64,000 bases of DNA from Harriotta raleighana (Eukaryota), in the NCBI GenBank assembly GCA_050575255.1, contig JBNZDD010013726.1, positions 8,939,408 to 9,003,407 on the forward strand. Reading direction: 5' to 3'. Made by a program: the position numbers and the translations under genes. A model generated the notes under the pieces. That model did not search any database. It was not told the origin of the DNA and saw only the letters and a list, made by a program, of their open reading frames with translations. Each line of letters starts with the position of its first letter. Position 1 is the stretch's first letter. Of this stretch, positions 13,595 through 25,673 are shown in pieces.

Positions 13595-14427
13595 TGCGTT
13601 CAATTTAAATAAGTCAGCAATTTACTCACTGCATTGTAGCCAATTTTCACTCCATTGCACATTTAAAAAGGAAGTGAAAGTGCAAGGGGGGACACTGTAG
13701 TATTTAGGCACAGCACCATCTTAAGTTGTGACTATGCCCCTTACAGTTAATTAGGTCTTTACTTTCCATACTCAAGGTTAAACATAAAAAAATGCACCTT
13801 AATTTAAATGTGAGGAAAAGCTAACTGGCATATTTTTTGGTTCGATAAAATGCAAGTTTTGTTAATTGTTAAAAACCTTGAAAAGTTACCCTGTAAATAG
13901 AGTAAAAAATACTGGCTTGCTGTACAGCAGCGTGAGTTACTGTTGGCATGCTGTTGTAGAAAGTGGTTAAAATACTTCTAAAATCTCAAGATTTTCTTTT
14001 CCTATATTACTGTATTGTTTTACACCATCGCAGACTCTTGTGGTAACACAAAGTAAAGTACACGTCACCTTCAATATCACTATCATGCTTTTGAATTAAA
14101 CACAAGTACAATCCTACTGAACTACAACAATAAAACAGTTCTCGATGCTTGTTTCATACTTTTCAATTAAATCAAATATTAATATAAATTAATGGCTATA
14201 TTTTATAATACAAAACTGTAGCTCTTGTTGAATTATTTGGCAGATCAAAAAGGTTCCAAATGCATCATTTATCAGCTAAAGGCAGTGACTTCATAACCAA
14301 CTTTTGCCGCAAATACTGTACTATACACACAGCTGCTTATGAGAATATTTCTGAGCCTCAGATGACAAAACCTGCAGCAATATAAGGGCTCTGAGATTAA
14401 TTCTTCTCATTTCTAGCTGATTGGAAT

Positions 14428-14519
14428 TCAACCCAATGTAGTTATATTTGAGCGGCCACCAGGAGGTGCACTTATACGCTGAGTGGGACGCCGAGGAATA
14501 TGGTCATCAGTCTGGGATC
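14428..14519 (-). CDS. DPYSL4: DPYSL4/CRMP3 exon 14 (last coding exon)
   Basis: 92 nt; (G)[29 protein letters not shown]; DDHI and GGRSNIT match recalled CRMP3. Confidence 0.93.
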
Positions 14520-14889
14520 CTAAAAGAAGATTAAAAAAATATATAATTTAAACAGTAAGCAACAGCAGCTACCACTGGCGAAATCCATTACAACGTCTAC
14601 CCCAAAAAGAGAATATTTTATGTAATTCGGCGCTGTCTGTTTAGAATTCAATTTACTATTTAAATTACATCTTGTGCTCCCAACTGAATTAACCTCTTAG
14701 CTGCTGGCATGACCTTTTTCGCACTTAAGTTTCTTTTTAGCCAAGACCTAACAAATCTCCTGCATTGTCTACTGTTCGGGCATCCAGGGTAGTCTGTGCT
14801 GGAGAACTCTGCTGCCACCCAATGGCTTAAAGACGGGAGTTGCTCAATGTGAAATGATAGGCCAATTAAAATAGAAATTTACAATACAA

Positions 14890-15140
14890 CACAAAATTAT
14901 ATTTGTATTTCATGTAGGGGCGATGTCCCAAGGAGCCTTACAGTCAGGAGGGGGGGGTGCAAGGGCTTGGGATTAGGGAAGATGGCCAAGGTCAAAAGAG
15001 CAGTATCTTGAGACGTGCCTTGAAGGAGACAAGGGAAGGGGCGAGGCGAAGGGAATGTGGGAAGAAGTTCCAGAGGATGGGGGCACAGAGGCTGAAGTGG
15101 GGGCCATGAAGCAGGTCAGCGCCTGCTGAGTGGAAGGATC
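14890..15140 (-). mobile_element. Degraded L2 LINE 3' fragment
   Basis: Similar to 11135-11800 (gccttgaaggagacaagggaaggggcgaggcgaaggg...gttccagaggatgggggcacagaggctgaa). Confidence 0.75.
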
Positions 15141-15801
15141 GACAGGTTTAAAATGTAACTCTCCAAATGGTCGCTTTCACACAAGCTGCTGAACTACCAA
15201 TAATGCAGTTTTTTCTTATGTTCTTTCCCTCTTAATTTATGCTATTTTATTTGCTTCGTTTGTACAGTATTTAGATTCCTAGGATTCAGTTCATGATAAA
15301 AGTTCCTTTTCTAATTTTGAGGAAAATAAGATGGAATTAAACAAATATCTAAAAATCACTACTATAAAATAGTAACCTGACGTGAAAGGCGGTATACAAT
15401 TATAATTTTGTTGTTGGTGTTGTTGTATTCAATAATAACAATGATGAATGCATTTGGTATTTTATCATATTGTTAATACGTCTCAAAGTGCTTCTTGCGA
15501 TGTACAGTAAAATGGTGTGAATGTATGTATTTTGTGGGTGAATGTGGCAGCCAATATTGGGGATGGGGAAATGTCAGGAGAATGCGACTCAGCCAAGGGA
15601 TCTTTCAGTCAATCCACATAGGGCCCAATGAACTGAATGGTCTCCTTTTGTGCTTCAGATTTCTATGGTTTATGGGTCTCAAAACCAAGCTATAAAATTC
15701 TAGTAGAGTCACTTTTAAGATTGTCTGGAACAGCTTGATAATAACAATAACAATGGCAATACTAATGATGATACGTATGTAACACTAAGTAAGCATTTTA
15801 C

Positions 15802-15967
15802 CAGCCAGAGTGAATCCAGATTGGTGTAGGTTGCGTAACGGCTGGACAGGCTGCTTAGCTGGAGACATCCTGGCTGATGGAATGGGAGTCATAGCTCTGG
15901 GAACCACAGTCACATCTTGGACAGGACCATCATAAATTCCTCTGGGAACACCTCGAATGTCAGCCAA
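15802..15967 (-). CDS. DPYSL4: DPYSL4 exon 13
   Basis: 166 nt, canonical CRMP size; [55 protein letters not shown](G). Confidence 0.95.
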
Positions 15968-16662
15968 CTGTAAAAATGTAACTCAGCTTTGAGAAAAAGC
16001 TACTGACCCGAGCAGTGTGGAACAACATCAGATGTTTCAACAAAAGCGAGTCCGACACAGACAATATCTAGCAGATGTTCAAAAGGAGTAAAATAAAGAA
16101 GAGTTTGGGGTTTGTCATACTTAAATAGCAGTTTTTCAACTGTCAGTTAACTTCTACATGTTGAGAGTGTTTTTGGTGTCCTCTGTGAAAAGGTGATCGT
16201 TGTTCAGTTAAATATTTTAACCAGAAAATTGTCTCACTGGAAGTAATAAGTGTGTGAGCCTAGGGTTTTTAGTGCTTCAGAGGCTATTCTTCTCTTCTTT
16301 GAAGGAAGGATATCAATTGTGCCTGGTGTTGGAAATCAGAAAACATTTGCATTTAACAATCTAAAGACATCCTAAAATAATAGGTGCTCAATGCCTCCAG
16401 AATTGCCAGTTTCAATGCTGCTAATACAAGATCACTGATGAATACATGAACTGTCCTGAAACCCCTAATGGCATTAGTCGCCTACATTCGTTCTGGGACG
16501 CTAACCTGTGTGTTGAAGTATTCCTCAACCCTAAGTAGGTGTTACTTTTCATTTATTTCATTTGAATTTAATTCTGACATTTTTCCTCTTGCTACTTCTG
16601 CTGTACTGACTGGCACCTTGAATCCCAGACATTACAATCCGGATTAAAACTGAACACTTTAC

Positions 16663-16842
16663 CTTGGATCTTGCTTTTATTCTCTTATAAACAAAATCTG
16701 GGAATGTCTTCTTGGCAATGAAACGTCCACAACCCTCAGTGACGTGCAGAGTCCCATACTCCATAACAATTTTACCTTGGCTTACGACGACGGAAGGCGA
16801 ACCATGGCATTCCATGCCTTCAAAAATGTTGTATTCAATTGC
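16663..16842 (-). CDS. DPYSL4: DPYSL4 exon 12
   Basis: 180 nt; [60 protein letters not shown]; KTFPDF is CRMP3-like. Confidence 0.95.
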
Positions 16843-17245
16843 CTAGAAAGTATAATGCATTTAGTTTTTAAATAAATAAAAAAATAAAAAAAATAAAAAC
16901 AATTACACACAGAATTTCTATTTGAAATGCCTCCTGGACTATTTTAAGATGGAGCGGAGGTGGAGGATGGAAACTGGAAGAGATTCTAACCCAAAAGTAA
17001 ATGAGTCGAAGGTGAAAAGCAAGAAATAAAACAACAATCTTTTAGCAAAGAACCTCCATCCACTTTGATATGTTTCAAGGAAGTTGAGCAAACAGATGTA
17101 TGGAGTTTGTAGGAGGGCATAATAAGCGCAAAATAAATTTTAAAAAATGATTAAATGCAAATGTATGAAAGAATTTCTAAGAGCTACCAAACACAAGAAG
17201 ATTTTTCATCTGTACTAGTATTATAACTCTATATATTTGCATTAC

Positions 17246-17416
17246 CAGATTGTGTGTTTTTGCTGAAATTATCTTGACTGCTTCTGGATCCCAAATAACT
17301 AAATCAGCATCAGATCCAACAGCAAGTCGCCCCTTCCTGGGGTAAAGGCCGAAGATCTTTGCAGCATTTGTACTGGTTACGGCGACAAATTCATTCTCGT
17401 TCATCTTTCCTGTAAT
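17246..17416 (-). CDS. DPYSL4: DPYSL4 exon 11
   Basis: 171 nt; [57 protein letters not shown]; ENEFV and [10 protein letters not shown] match CRMP3 (CRMP1/2/4 have ENQFV). Confidence 0.95.
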
Positions 17417-17539
17417 CTGAGATGTGTCGTGAAAAACAAAAGGAATTATACCAAATGCCAAATTATTACAGTCTAAAATTATCTATATTTATCTATACAC
17501 TGTATTTTGCTGTCACTTACTTGGTGATGTTAATCACAA

Positions 17540-17780
17540 GTTTGATTAGGGTTGTAAAGGACAATTTCAGGAAAGACTGGTACCAGAAAGATTTCTATAC
17601 CTACAAGTTGAGTAACAAGAACCCAAGCAGGCTAATAGGAGGGATGATTTCGGCCAAGACGCTGAACTCATTTAAAAACAGCTCAACCAGTGATAAGGTG
17701 ACAATAGATTGGGAATTCTGGAAGGATTAGATCGAATGGGTTGAAAGTCTTCTTCATCAGAACCTCTCTTGTGATCTTAT
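17540..17780 (+). mobile_element. Old CR1-type LINE 3' fragment
   Basis: acgctgaactcatttaaaaacagctc...gatcgaatgggttgaaagtcttcttcatcagaacctctcttgtgatctt resembles a CR1 ORF2 end and 3' UTR. Confidence 0.5.
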
Positions 17781-17853
17781 CAATTTACGGGAATGTATTG
17801 ATCTCAATTTGTGATACTTTTGGAAATGAATTCTTGTTTGTCTTTCTATACGT

Positions 17854-18159
17854 GGAGTCCTGTAGCTCAGTGGTTAGAGCATCGCCTTACAAGCGAGAGA
17901 ACTGGGTTCAATACCAGGCTGGTCAGGGAGAAACCTTGGGCAAGTTTCCTTACTCCACACACCTGATAATAATCCCTCAAAAAATATGAATAAAATTGTT
18001 CACTCAATCCACGAACTGTTAGTGGGATACTGCTCTGCGCAATTGGCTGTCGCTTTTCGCCCACAAATATACAGTCAATTCACTTTAAAATATATTCTGT
18101 GAAGCATCTGGAAGAGGTGATAAGGCTCTATATCAAATGCCAGATCATTATTATTATTA
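17854..18159 (+). mobile_element. Full-length tRNA-derived SINE in DPYSL4 intron 10
   Basis: A box TAGCTCAGTGG, B box GGTTCAATACC, family body, (TTA)n tail. Confidence 0.92.
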
Positions 18160-18304
18160 CAGCAAAATTTTAGCAAAGAACATTGAGATCTGCACTATTT
18201 GGTGTCAAGCCTGAATGAAGGAACTAACTTATTTAGATCTCTTCAATTCAAAATGGCTCCAAGCTAGCAATAGTTACTGTCTAAACTGATAATGGTTAAC
18301 ATAC

Positions 18305-18446
18305 CACAGCCTTATCCCAGATAATTGTCATCCTCTCTTCAATACCATTAACTCCTTCGGGGATCAATCTGAAGTTATCTTTTCCGACTGCTTTCTGTGC
18401 TGTAGTGAAAGCACAGTGAGCGCTGCCGGTAACCTGCAGATCACCA
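18305..18446 (-). CDS. DPYSL4: DPYSL4 exon 10
   Basis: 142 nt; (C)[47 protein letters not shown]. Confidence 0.95.
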
Positions 18447-18847
18447 CTGTGTGGAGAAAGTCAATCATTGGTTACTGAAGTTTCACGGTGGAATAATTCC
18501 TAGTAAACAGCGCCCAGTAAACAATTAGAGACAAATACAATTTTTAAAAAAAAACTTCTCCCTTGTATATTCATTCATTTGTAATTGACCACTTTTAAAT
18601 TCCTAGTAAACAGCGCCCAGTAAACAATTAGAGACAAATACAATTTTTAAAAAAAAACTTCTCCCTTGTATATTCATTCATTTGTAATTGACCACTTTTA
18701 GTTTTTACTATTGTCATTCATGCATTTAACTAGGCAATTATGAAAATACAAACTGCCTTCCCCCCCCCACTCCCCGCCCTCCACACCCCGTTTGGTAAAA
18801 AGAATCATTAACAAAATTGTACCAAGACAGAAGAGAGTTTAGGTAAN

Positions 18848-19159
<312 letters not shown>

Positions 19160-19535
19160 TTATTGACTGCTGTAAACATACGTTAAGCTTGTCATTGTCC
19201 AAAATACTGTACTTGGTTGCACAAATATTTGTTTCAGGCATGAATATCTAAATTCTAGATGGGGGGGGGGGAAGAGAAAGAGATAGGACAGGAAGCAGAA
19301 AAATATACAGTTGTGTGGCAATATTTTCTGGACAAATTTATTGCTTACAAACCACCCATGGGTAGTCAAATTACGGGACTATTAACAATCAGTAAAACAT
19401 ACTTGCAGAACATAGTAGCTGTGTGAAAAAAAAATATGATTAGAGACAGTATATCAGGAAAATATATATAGGCAGAAGAAAGGAATCTATTCCTTTATTC
19501 AAGGTATTTATTATTTTATTGAGTCAGTTGTTTAC

Positions 19536-19656
19536 CTTTCTTCCGTGCTTGTGCAATTACATCAGCAGCACTTTTGCTCATTACTTTTGTGATGTACAAG
19601 GGGCAATTGGCTTGGCTTGCTATGGTGATTGCACGATACACAGCTTCTGCTTCGAC
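19536..19656 (-). CDS. DPYSL4: DPYSL4 exon 8
   Basis: 121 nt; [40 protein letters not shown](G). Confidence 0.95.
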
Positions 19657-20336
19657 CTACAACAACAACAACTTGCATTTTATATGAAAGAAACGGATCG
19701 AAACTTCAATGAACAAGCTTTCATTAAAGAATACCCTTTTGCCTTCCTTGCCCTCTCCCACCGAAATCAGCAGTCCCCTTACGGATATGCTTTTGGTGGG
19801 CAAGAGAGGAAGAATACATTTGGATGATAACCACAACACTGCACTGCACAACAAATAATATGTATACTCCATCAATCAATGAACGTTATGCTAAAAAAAA
19901 CTATTTAAGGATATTGGATAATGTTAGCATGCTGGAAGAAAAAGCCACTATATTGGTACACATCATCTTGTATACACGTGTATAGTGCATTTTCACTTCT
20001 TGTTTAACTTTTGCTAAAGGTGTTCTATGATAAAGTCTCAAAATCCCCTTGACATTTTTGCAGTTTGTCGTCTCATTCCACCATTTGACTCTCGTTTCCT
20101 GTCTTCTGAAAAGTAATTGTTTTCGACTGATACAGCTGAAATTGGGGAATAAATACTTGGGTCTATCACTTAGCGTATTGCAGACATAATAAGGCAATGT
20201 GAGGCAACTCACACATAAAGGTTAAGTCAGTTTTTACAACTATTTTAACTTGTTGTTCTGCGTTTGAAAATATTTAAGATTCCTCTGATTCATTTGTTTA
20301 TAAATAACATCCTTCAGTGTGTCGGGAAAGATTTAC

Positions 20337-20405
20337 CTCTTCTGGTCGACTGAGAACATGTCCCTCTGGCCCTGTAATACCAAGCTCCAACATTCTTTTC
20401 TGCTC
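20337..20405 (-). CDS. DPYSL4: DPYSL4 exon 7
   Basis: 69 nt; [23 protein letters not shown]. Confidence 0.95.
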
Positions 20406-20455
20406 CTAAAAATTGATGCAAATGTCAAAATATTTCTGGTGTTGCAATAGATTAA

Positions 20456-20718
20456 AATGATAATTCTTGCATTTGGTACAGCGCCTTTCATGTCTTCATG
20501 TCTCAATTGAATTGACTTTATATTTGTGGGCAAAATATTGTGCACGGCGTCCCACAAACAGTCCTGGATTGAGTGACCAAATTGTTATTTTTTCTGGAGG
20601 GCTTTTAATCAGGCGTGTGGAATAAGGAAGTTTCGCCAGGGTTTTCGCCCATCCAGGAATCAAACCCAGGTCTCTCGCTTGTAAACTGAGTGCTCTAACC
20701 ACTGAGCTACAGAACTCC
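20456..20718 (-). mobile_element. tRNA-derived SINE, about 50 nt from the exon 7 acceptor
   Basis: Reverse complement of the family head (ctaaccactgagctacagaactcc) and tail (cttgcatttggtacagcgcctttca). Confidence 0.9.
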
Positions 20719-21127
20719 ACGATAGAGTGGAATATTATCAGATTGCTACTCTGCTGCATGTTAGACTTTGGTGTAGCTTGTCTGAAAGCTACTGTGTAAT
20801 ACTGTGTACATTGCTATGTTTAAAGACCAGCTGTGTTCATAGGGAGGCAAGGCATAAAGGCATCACAACTTTTTGAATAGGTTTAATGTTTTATATTTCT
20901 GAATGAATGAATAACTTGTTCTTTGTGATTATGTAAAATGCTCCAGTCGCATTCTAGGGTGGTTTCAAAATTTTATTTCATGCTACCTTCCCTGCTCTAC
21001 ACCCACTCTGATCCCAAACCCTAGCTCGGATCTAACTGTCCAGCACCTTGGGACATTTTCCCCGAAATGAAAGGTGCTATACAAATGCTATTTGTTGCTG
21101 TTGATTACATTTTCAAACTATATTTAC

Positions 21128-21208
21128 CTCTTGAATGATGTCTCCATTTTCAGCATGGACAAGTGCAATAGCACCCAGGTCACGAATGATGCTAAAGATG
21201 TCGTATAT
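21128..21208 (-). CDS. DPYSL4: DPYSL4 exon 6
   Basis: 81 nt; [27 protein letters not shown]; FSIIRDLGA matches recalled CRMP3. Confidence 0.95.
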
Positions 21209-21354
21209 CTGTCACAGAGAAAGCATAACATTTCCTATGGGTACTCACCAGAAATACATATGTATTTAATATACAAATGCATATTTAATATACAAATTTA
21301 ACATACAAATGCAGTGTTATTGATGGCTTTGTTTATTGTGAAGGTTGTTATTAC

Positions 21355-21416
21355 CTGAGAATCGGTGCACTGGTATTGATCTTTATAGGCCATGAATATG
21401 AGAAAAGAGTTCACAC
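21355..21416 (-). CDS. DPYSL4: DPYSL4 exon 5
   Basis: 62 nt; (G)VNSFLIFMAYKDQYQCTDSQ. Confidence 0.95.
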
Positions 21417-22236
21417 CTGATTTGGGTATTAAAAAAAAGTTGTCAATATTAACATGTATTGATGTGGCAATACTTCATATTTATATCATTCTTGCGGTAT
21501 TCTTGGGAGCTAAAATGTCCAATGCATACGAGAGCTAAAAATTTGAGTTTCACACTATTTTTGTTGAAAAAAAAAGAGCCTCCCTATCCTTGTATCACTT
21601 AAAAGCAAAACATTAATACTGAACAGGAAATACTGCTAATCTGGTCACATATTGTCCATTTATCAAGCTTTATGGACAATCCTGCACCTAATTTTTTAAT
21701 ATAGTCAGGGCCTAATTTCATGTATAGTCAAAGAATGGCTTCCCACTCCCATTGCAAACTGCAGTGCAGTGAGGTGGTGGTACTGTGTTGGTAGTTAGTG
21801 CAATGTCAGTAGAAGCTGTTGGCATGCCTGCTGCTGTGGTCACAGTGGTGATGCTGATTACGCAACGATATAATAATGTGAAGAGAGGGCACTGTGATTT
21901 TTAGTTAATTGTTGTTAAAGCATGTAATAATTTTCCAGTAACATTGCAGAACAGAACGCTCGATCCCATTCGATAGTAAAATGGATGAATCAGCAGTTTT
22001 CATTGTTTACCTTCATTTGCGTTTCTGATATCTTAAAAAAATTAGATGATTGCTGGGAAAATGAATAACTGAGTCCTGCAGATGTCATGTGTCTTCTGTT
22101 CTGCAGAACACTGTAAAATTCAGCTCGTGAAAGTCATTTAAATATATCTTTTCAGTTCAAATGAAGTCAAGTTTGACAAAACAGGCTGGAGAAGAAAAGT
22201 CTTCCTTGTGGAGACGACAGTGTGACTGAGAATTAC

Positions 22237-22407
22237 CTTTGTCCTTCACCAACGTTTCCATTTCTTCTCGCAGAGCTTCATGCCAGCGTGTGATATCGAC
22301 GTGTAGAGAGTAGTCACAGCATGACTTGTTATCAGCCCATTCTCTCCACTGTTCATAGGCAGAAAGCAAACTTGATCCAGGTTCAGGTTCACAGATCACG
22401 TGGTCCA
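22237..22407 (-). CDS. DPYSL4: DPYSL4 exon 4 (6 nt longer than the canonical 165)
   Basis: 171 nt; (M)[56 protein letters not shown](G); DITRWHE is CRMP3-like. Confidence 0.95.
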
Positions 22408-22839
22408 CTGCACAAAGAAAAAATGAACTCAAGCAATTCATTCCATTTTTTTTTCCCCATTTAGATTTTTTCCTTTGAGCAGTGCTATTCACCTCGGGAC
22501 AATTTTTTTTTGTTATGGTGAGCCAGAAGATGGAGGCCATCTCCATATTTATATCAGTGTTATCTACGTGATCAACCTCACGTTGGGTTCTGATCTGAAG
22601 CCAGTTAAGATGGGGGTGGCTGGCTCTGAAATGTGCCATTTAGCAGAGTGACCTCGATACCGCACTAGAACAAATAAGACGAGTGAGTACTCACTCACTG
22701 GAAATGGAGACATCGTTCAAGAAGTAAATTTACTTTGAAAATGTAATCAACCGTTGACTTTTATCTGGGACCTCTATTCACGCAGCCCATGTTATTTTCA
22801 GGAGCTCTAATTTCTCCCTTGAGTAGCTGAGGTAAGTCA

Positions 22840-23160
22840 CAAAATAGCTCAGCTTGTAGCGCTCTCACCTGTTAAGATAGGGGGTTGTTGGTGCACTGTC
22901 TTGTTGGATGAGATATTAAATTGAGGTCCAGTTTGCCTGTTAAGGTGTACATTAAAAACCGATAGCGCTATTCGAAAATAGAAAGGAGTTTCTGGGATTG
23001 TCTATCCCTCAACCCCTCCGCTCTACCATTGGCGTACGTACTTTCAGTCAGAGATAAAGTACCCATTTACTAATGCTATACTTTAAAGTAAATCTCGGGA
23101 AGTGCTCTGAGCCATGCTCCTATTGTAAAATGTGCCATATCAAATGCAAGGATTATTTTT
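22840..23160 (+). mobile_element. Ancient Deu-domain SINE (DeuSINE superfamily)
   Basis: ctgtcttgttggatgagatattaaattgaggtccagtttgcctgttaaggtgtacattaaaaaccgatagcgctattcgaaaatagaaaggagtt..tatccctcaa resembles the recalled Deu core; L2-like tail ending caaatgcaaggattatt. Confidence 0.7.
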
Positions 23161-23641
23161 TATGCATCCTGAATGATCCAGCTGGGACAGGTAAGACTTA
23201 CTATGTTGAGGAATCTTAATGTGAACATCATTTGACAATGGAGTTCAAACCTCCTTGTCAAGAGTTCCATTCTTCACGAATACAATTTCCAAGGCCCTCT
23301 GTTGTATTTCTTTCACCTGAGTGTCACATGCTCGAGTATTCAAACCACACTGAGAGTTCCACGTATATATATATGCTGCCCACACAAGAAAACGACCAGG
23401 TAATTCAATTGCAATACGCAGACTCTCCCTGGAGGGTCTCAGCCTACTTATCTAATCCCGGAGGTTTAGGTTAGCGACAGCCAGATCTGTTCCTTTGAGA
23501 AATAATGGTATCATCAAGTTTGAAATAGTACTAGCTAAATAGGCCTTCTCGATTTAACTCAATTCAGAAATGCTAGTTAAAGCAGTAATGTTTCTATCAT
23601 TTGCAGTGTCGCTAACGAATCAATATGTCATGGTTCTTTAC

Positions 23642-23826
23642 TTATCATAGTGGTTCCTCCTGCCAGTGCTGCTTTGGTTCCTTGATAGAAGTCATCAGCT
23701 GTAGTCATACCCATGCATGGCATTTGCAGATGGGTGTGGACATCTATTCCACCAGGCATGACCATCTGTCCATTGGCTTCAATTGTCTTGATGCCACCAG
23801 GAACAATAAGGTTATCGCCAATTTGC
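23642..23826 (-). CDS. DPYSL4: DPYSL4 exon 3
   Basis: 185 nt; [61 protein letters not shown]. Confidence 0.95.
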
Positions 23827-25556
23827 CTAATAAGACACGATGCAGGTTCAATTTAGCAGTACACCATGTGTTAAAACTTGAAGGAATTCTGAACAGTGAG
23901 TTTACAACCAGCAGAAAGAGACTTGTTTTCCCAAGCAAAATTATTCTCCAATGATTTGCCTGCATTCTTTAATTAGTTTTTAGTTCCAGAATTTCTGAAG
24001 ACTATTTTCNGCAGAAAGAGACTTGTTTTCCCAAGCAAAATTATTCTCCAATGATTTGCCTGCATTCTTTAATTAGTTTTTAGTTCCAGAATTGCTGAAG
24101 ACTATTTTCCCTTTGTTAATTGTAGCTCCTGTAAAGTGAATTGACTTGCATTTCTCCCCTAATTCCAGTCTTGGTGATGAACCTTGGTTCTTCATCACCT
24201 TGAACAGCTGCGTTTGAATATCTGATTACCTGTGTTTTATTGGTGATTCAGTGCTCAACACTTTTCAATTGTATACAATAGTGCAGCTTCCTCAGTACCA
24301 TTCCCAAATGGACCAAAACAAATCAAAGTCAAAGTTCCTTCTAATAATTTCTAAAAAAAATCTTTCTAACTGATTTCAATTGGATGCTTTAAATCATGTT
24401 AATTTTTTTTTGTCATTTTTGGGATAGGATGGCTAAAATTATGATTGAAAATGTACTTGTGCATATACGTATAGTAACTTTGCACATTGCTTTCTTTCTG
24501 AGAATGCAATAAGTAACTTGCAATATGAATTGCAATAAGTAACTTCAGCCTCTTTGTCTATGAGAAGGATTTTTGTTTTCAATTTGAAAGTGGATGTCGA
24601 TTTGCTCCCATCAATTATGCACATTATGCCCTACATTAACTGAAAGTGGTAGCTTACATTTCCAGGGCATAATAATGTTCTCACATTGTCTATTGATTAT
24701 ATCTGACTTTTCGTGTATTAAAACCTTTCATTCCTTGTCGCAAGGATGACAATGATTTATCAGATAATGTAAATTAATCCTTGCTTTCCATTTTGCCTAT
24801 TTTGAAAATCACTCAGCACACAGGGAAAAATGTAACCTTTTACCACTACACTTTACTTTAAGTGTCCTCCTTGTTCCTAAAACTGAAGCTTTGTTATTAG
24901 GCCTGATGCTAGGATTTCATTAATTCGACCTTCATGAGTGCAGATGTTAATTCCTCTTTCTGTGTGTAATTGCTGCCGTGTGTCTCCCACAAAATACACA
25001 GTCACTACACTTTAGACCATAAGCTATGAAGTGCTTTGAGGCATCACAAAGACGGGATGAAGTGCTATATCAAATGTAAGGTTTGTTATCATTGTTCCTG
25101 GTAGTCAGTGCACTCTTAACGCACATTATCACTAGTATAAATGTTATCAGTATTACCATCACCAGAGGTAAATAGCTGCATTGATGACAGTAATTATTGT
25201 TAATAATAAGCCCTTCCATATTAGATGGAGCAGATATTTGCTGGAGTGGGGCAGAAGGGGCTCTGACACCATTCACTGTTACAATTTCATTTCCAAACTC
25301 AGAGGCTCCATTTTATTCTTAATTATAGATATGTCCCTTAACTCAACATCCATGATAATTGACACATTTCATAATCTAAACCATGGATTATATAGTTTAA
25401 AATATATTATTAAATACATGGGCTACTTTAGCTATGTATGGTTTTCTGAATTTGTGGCATTATTAACACTAGACCAACTCAGAACAGCATATAAACATGT
25501 AATTTGCTTTTATAGATTGAACATTCCATTTCTATTTGGAGCTACACTGATACTTA

Positions 25557-25673
<117 letters not shown>

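Noticed and set aside
17854-17930. tRNA-like sequence with A/B boxes (also at 6857, 20650-20718, 58820-58890 and 60861)
   Set aside because: These are SINE heads continuous with the SINE body; no proper acceptor stem for a true tRNA
18760-18846. Second copy of the exon 9 3' end and donor
   Set aside because: Abuts a single N and duplicates 18880-18966; assembly overlap, not an alternative exon
23911-24109. Direct repeats around single Ns (also 11271-11520, 11491-11712, 31954-32380, 41759-41897, 43032-43205)
   Set aside because: Each pair is separated by an N and is near-identical; unmerged contig overlaps, not tandem duplications or CRISPR-like arrays
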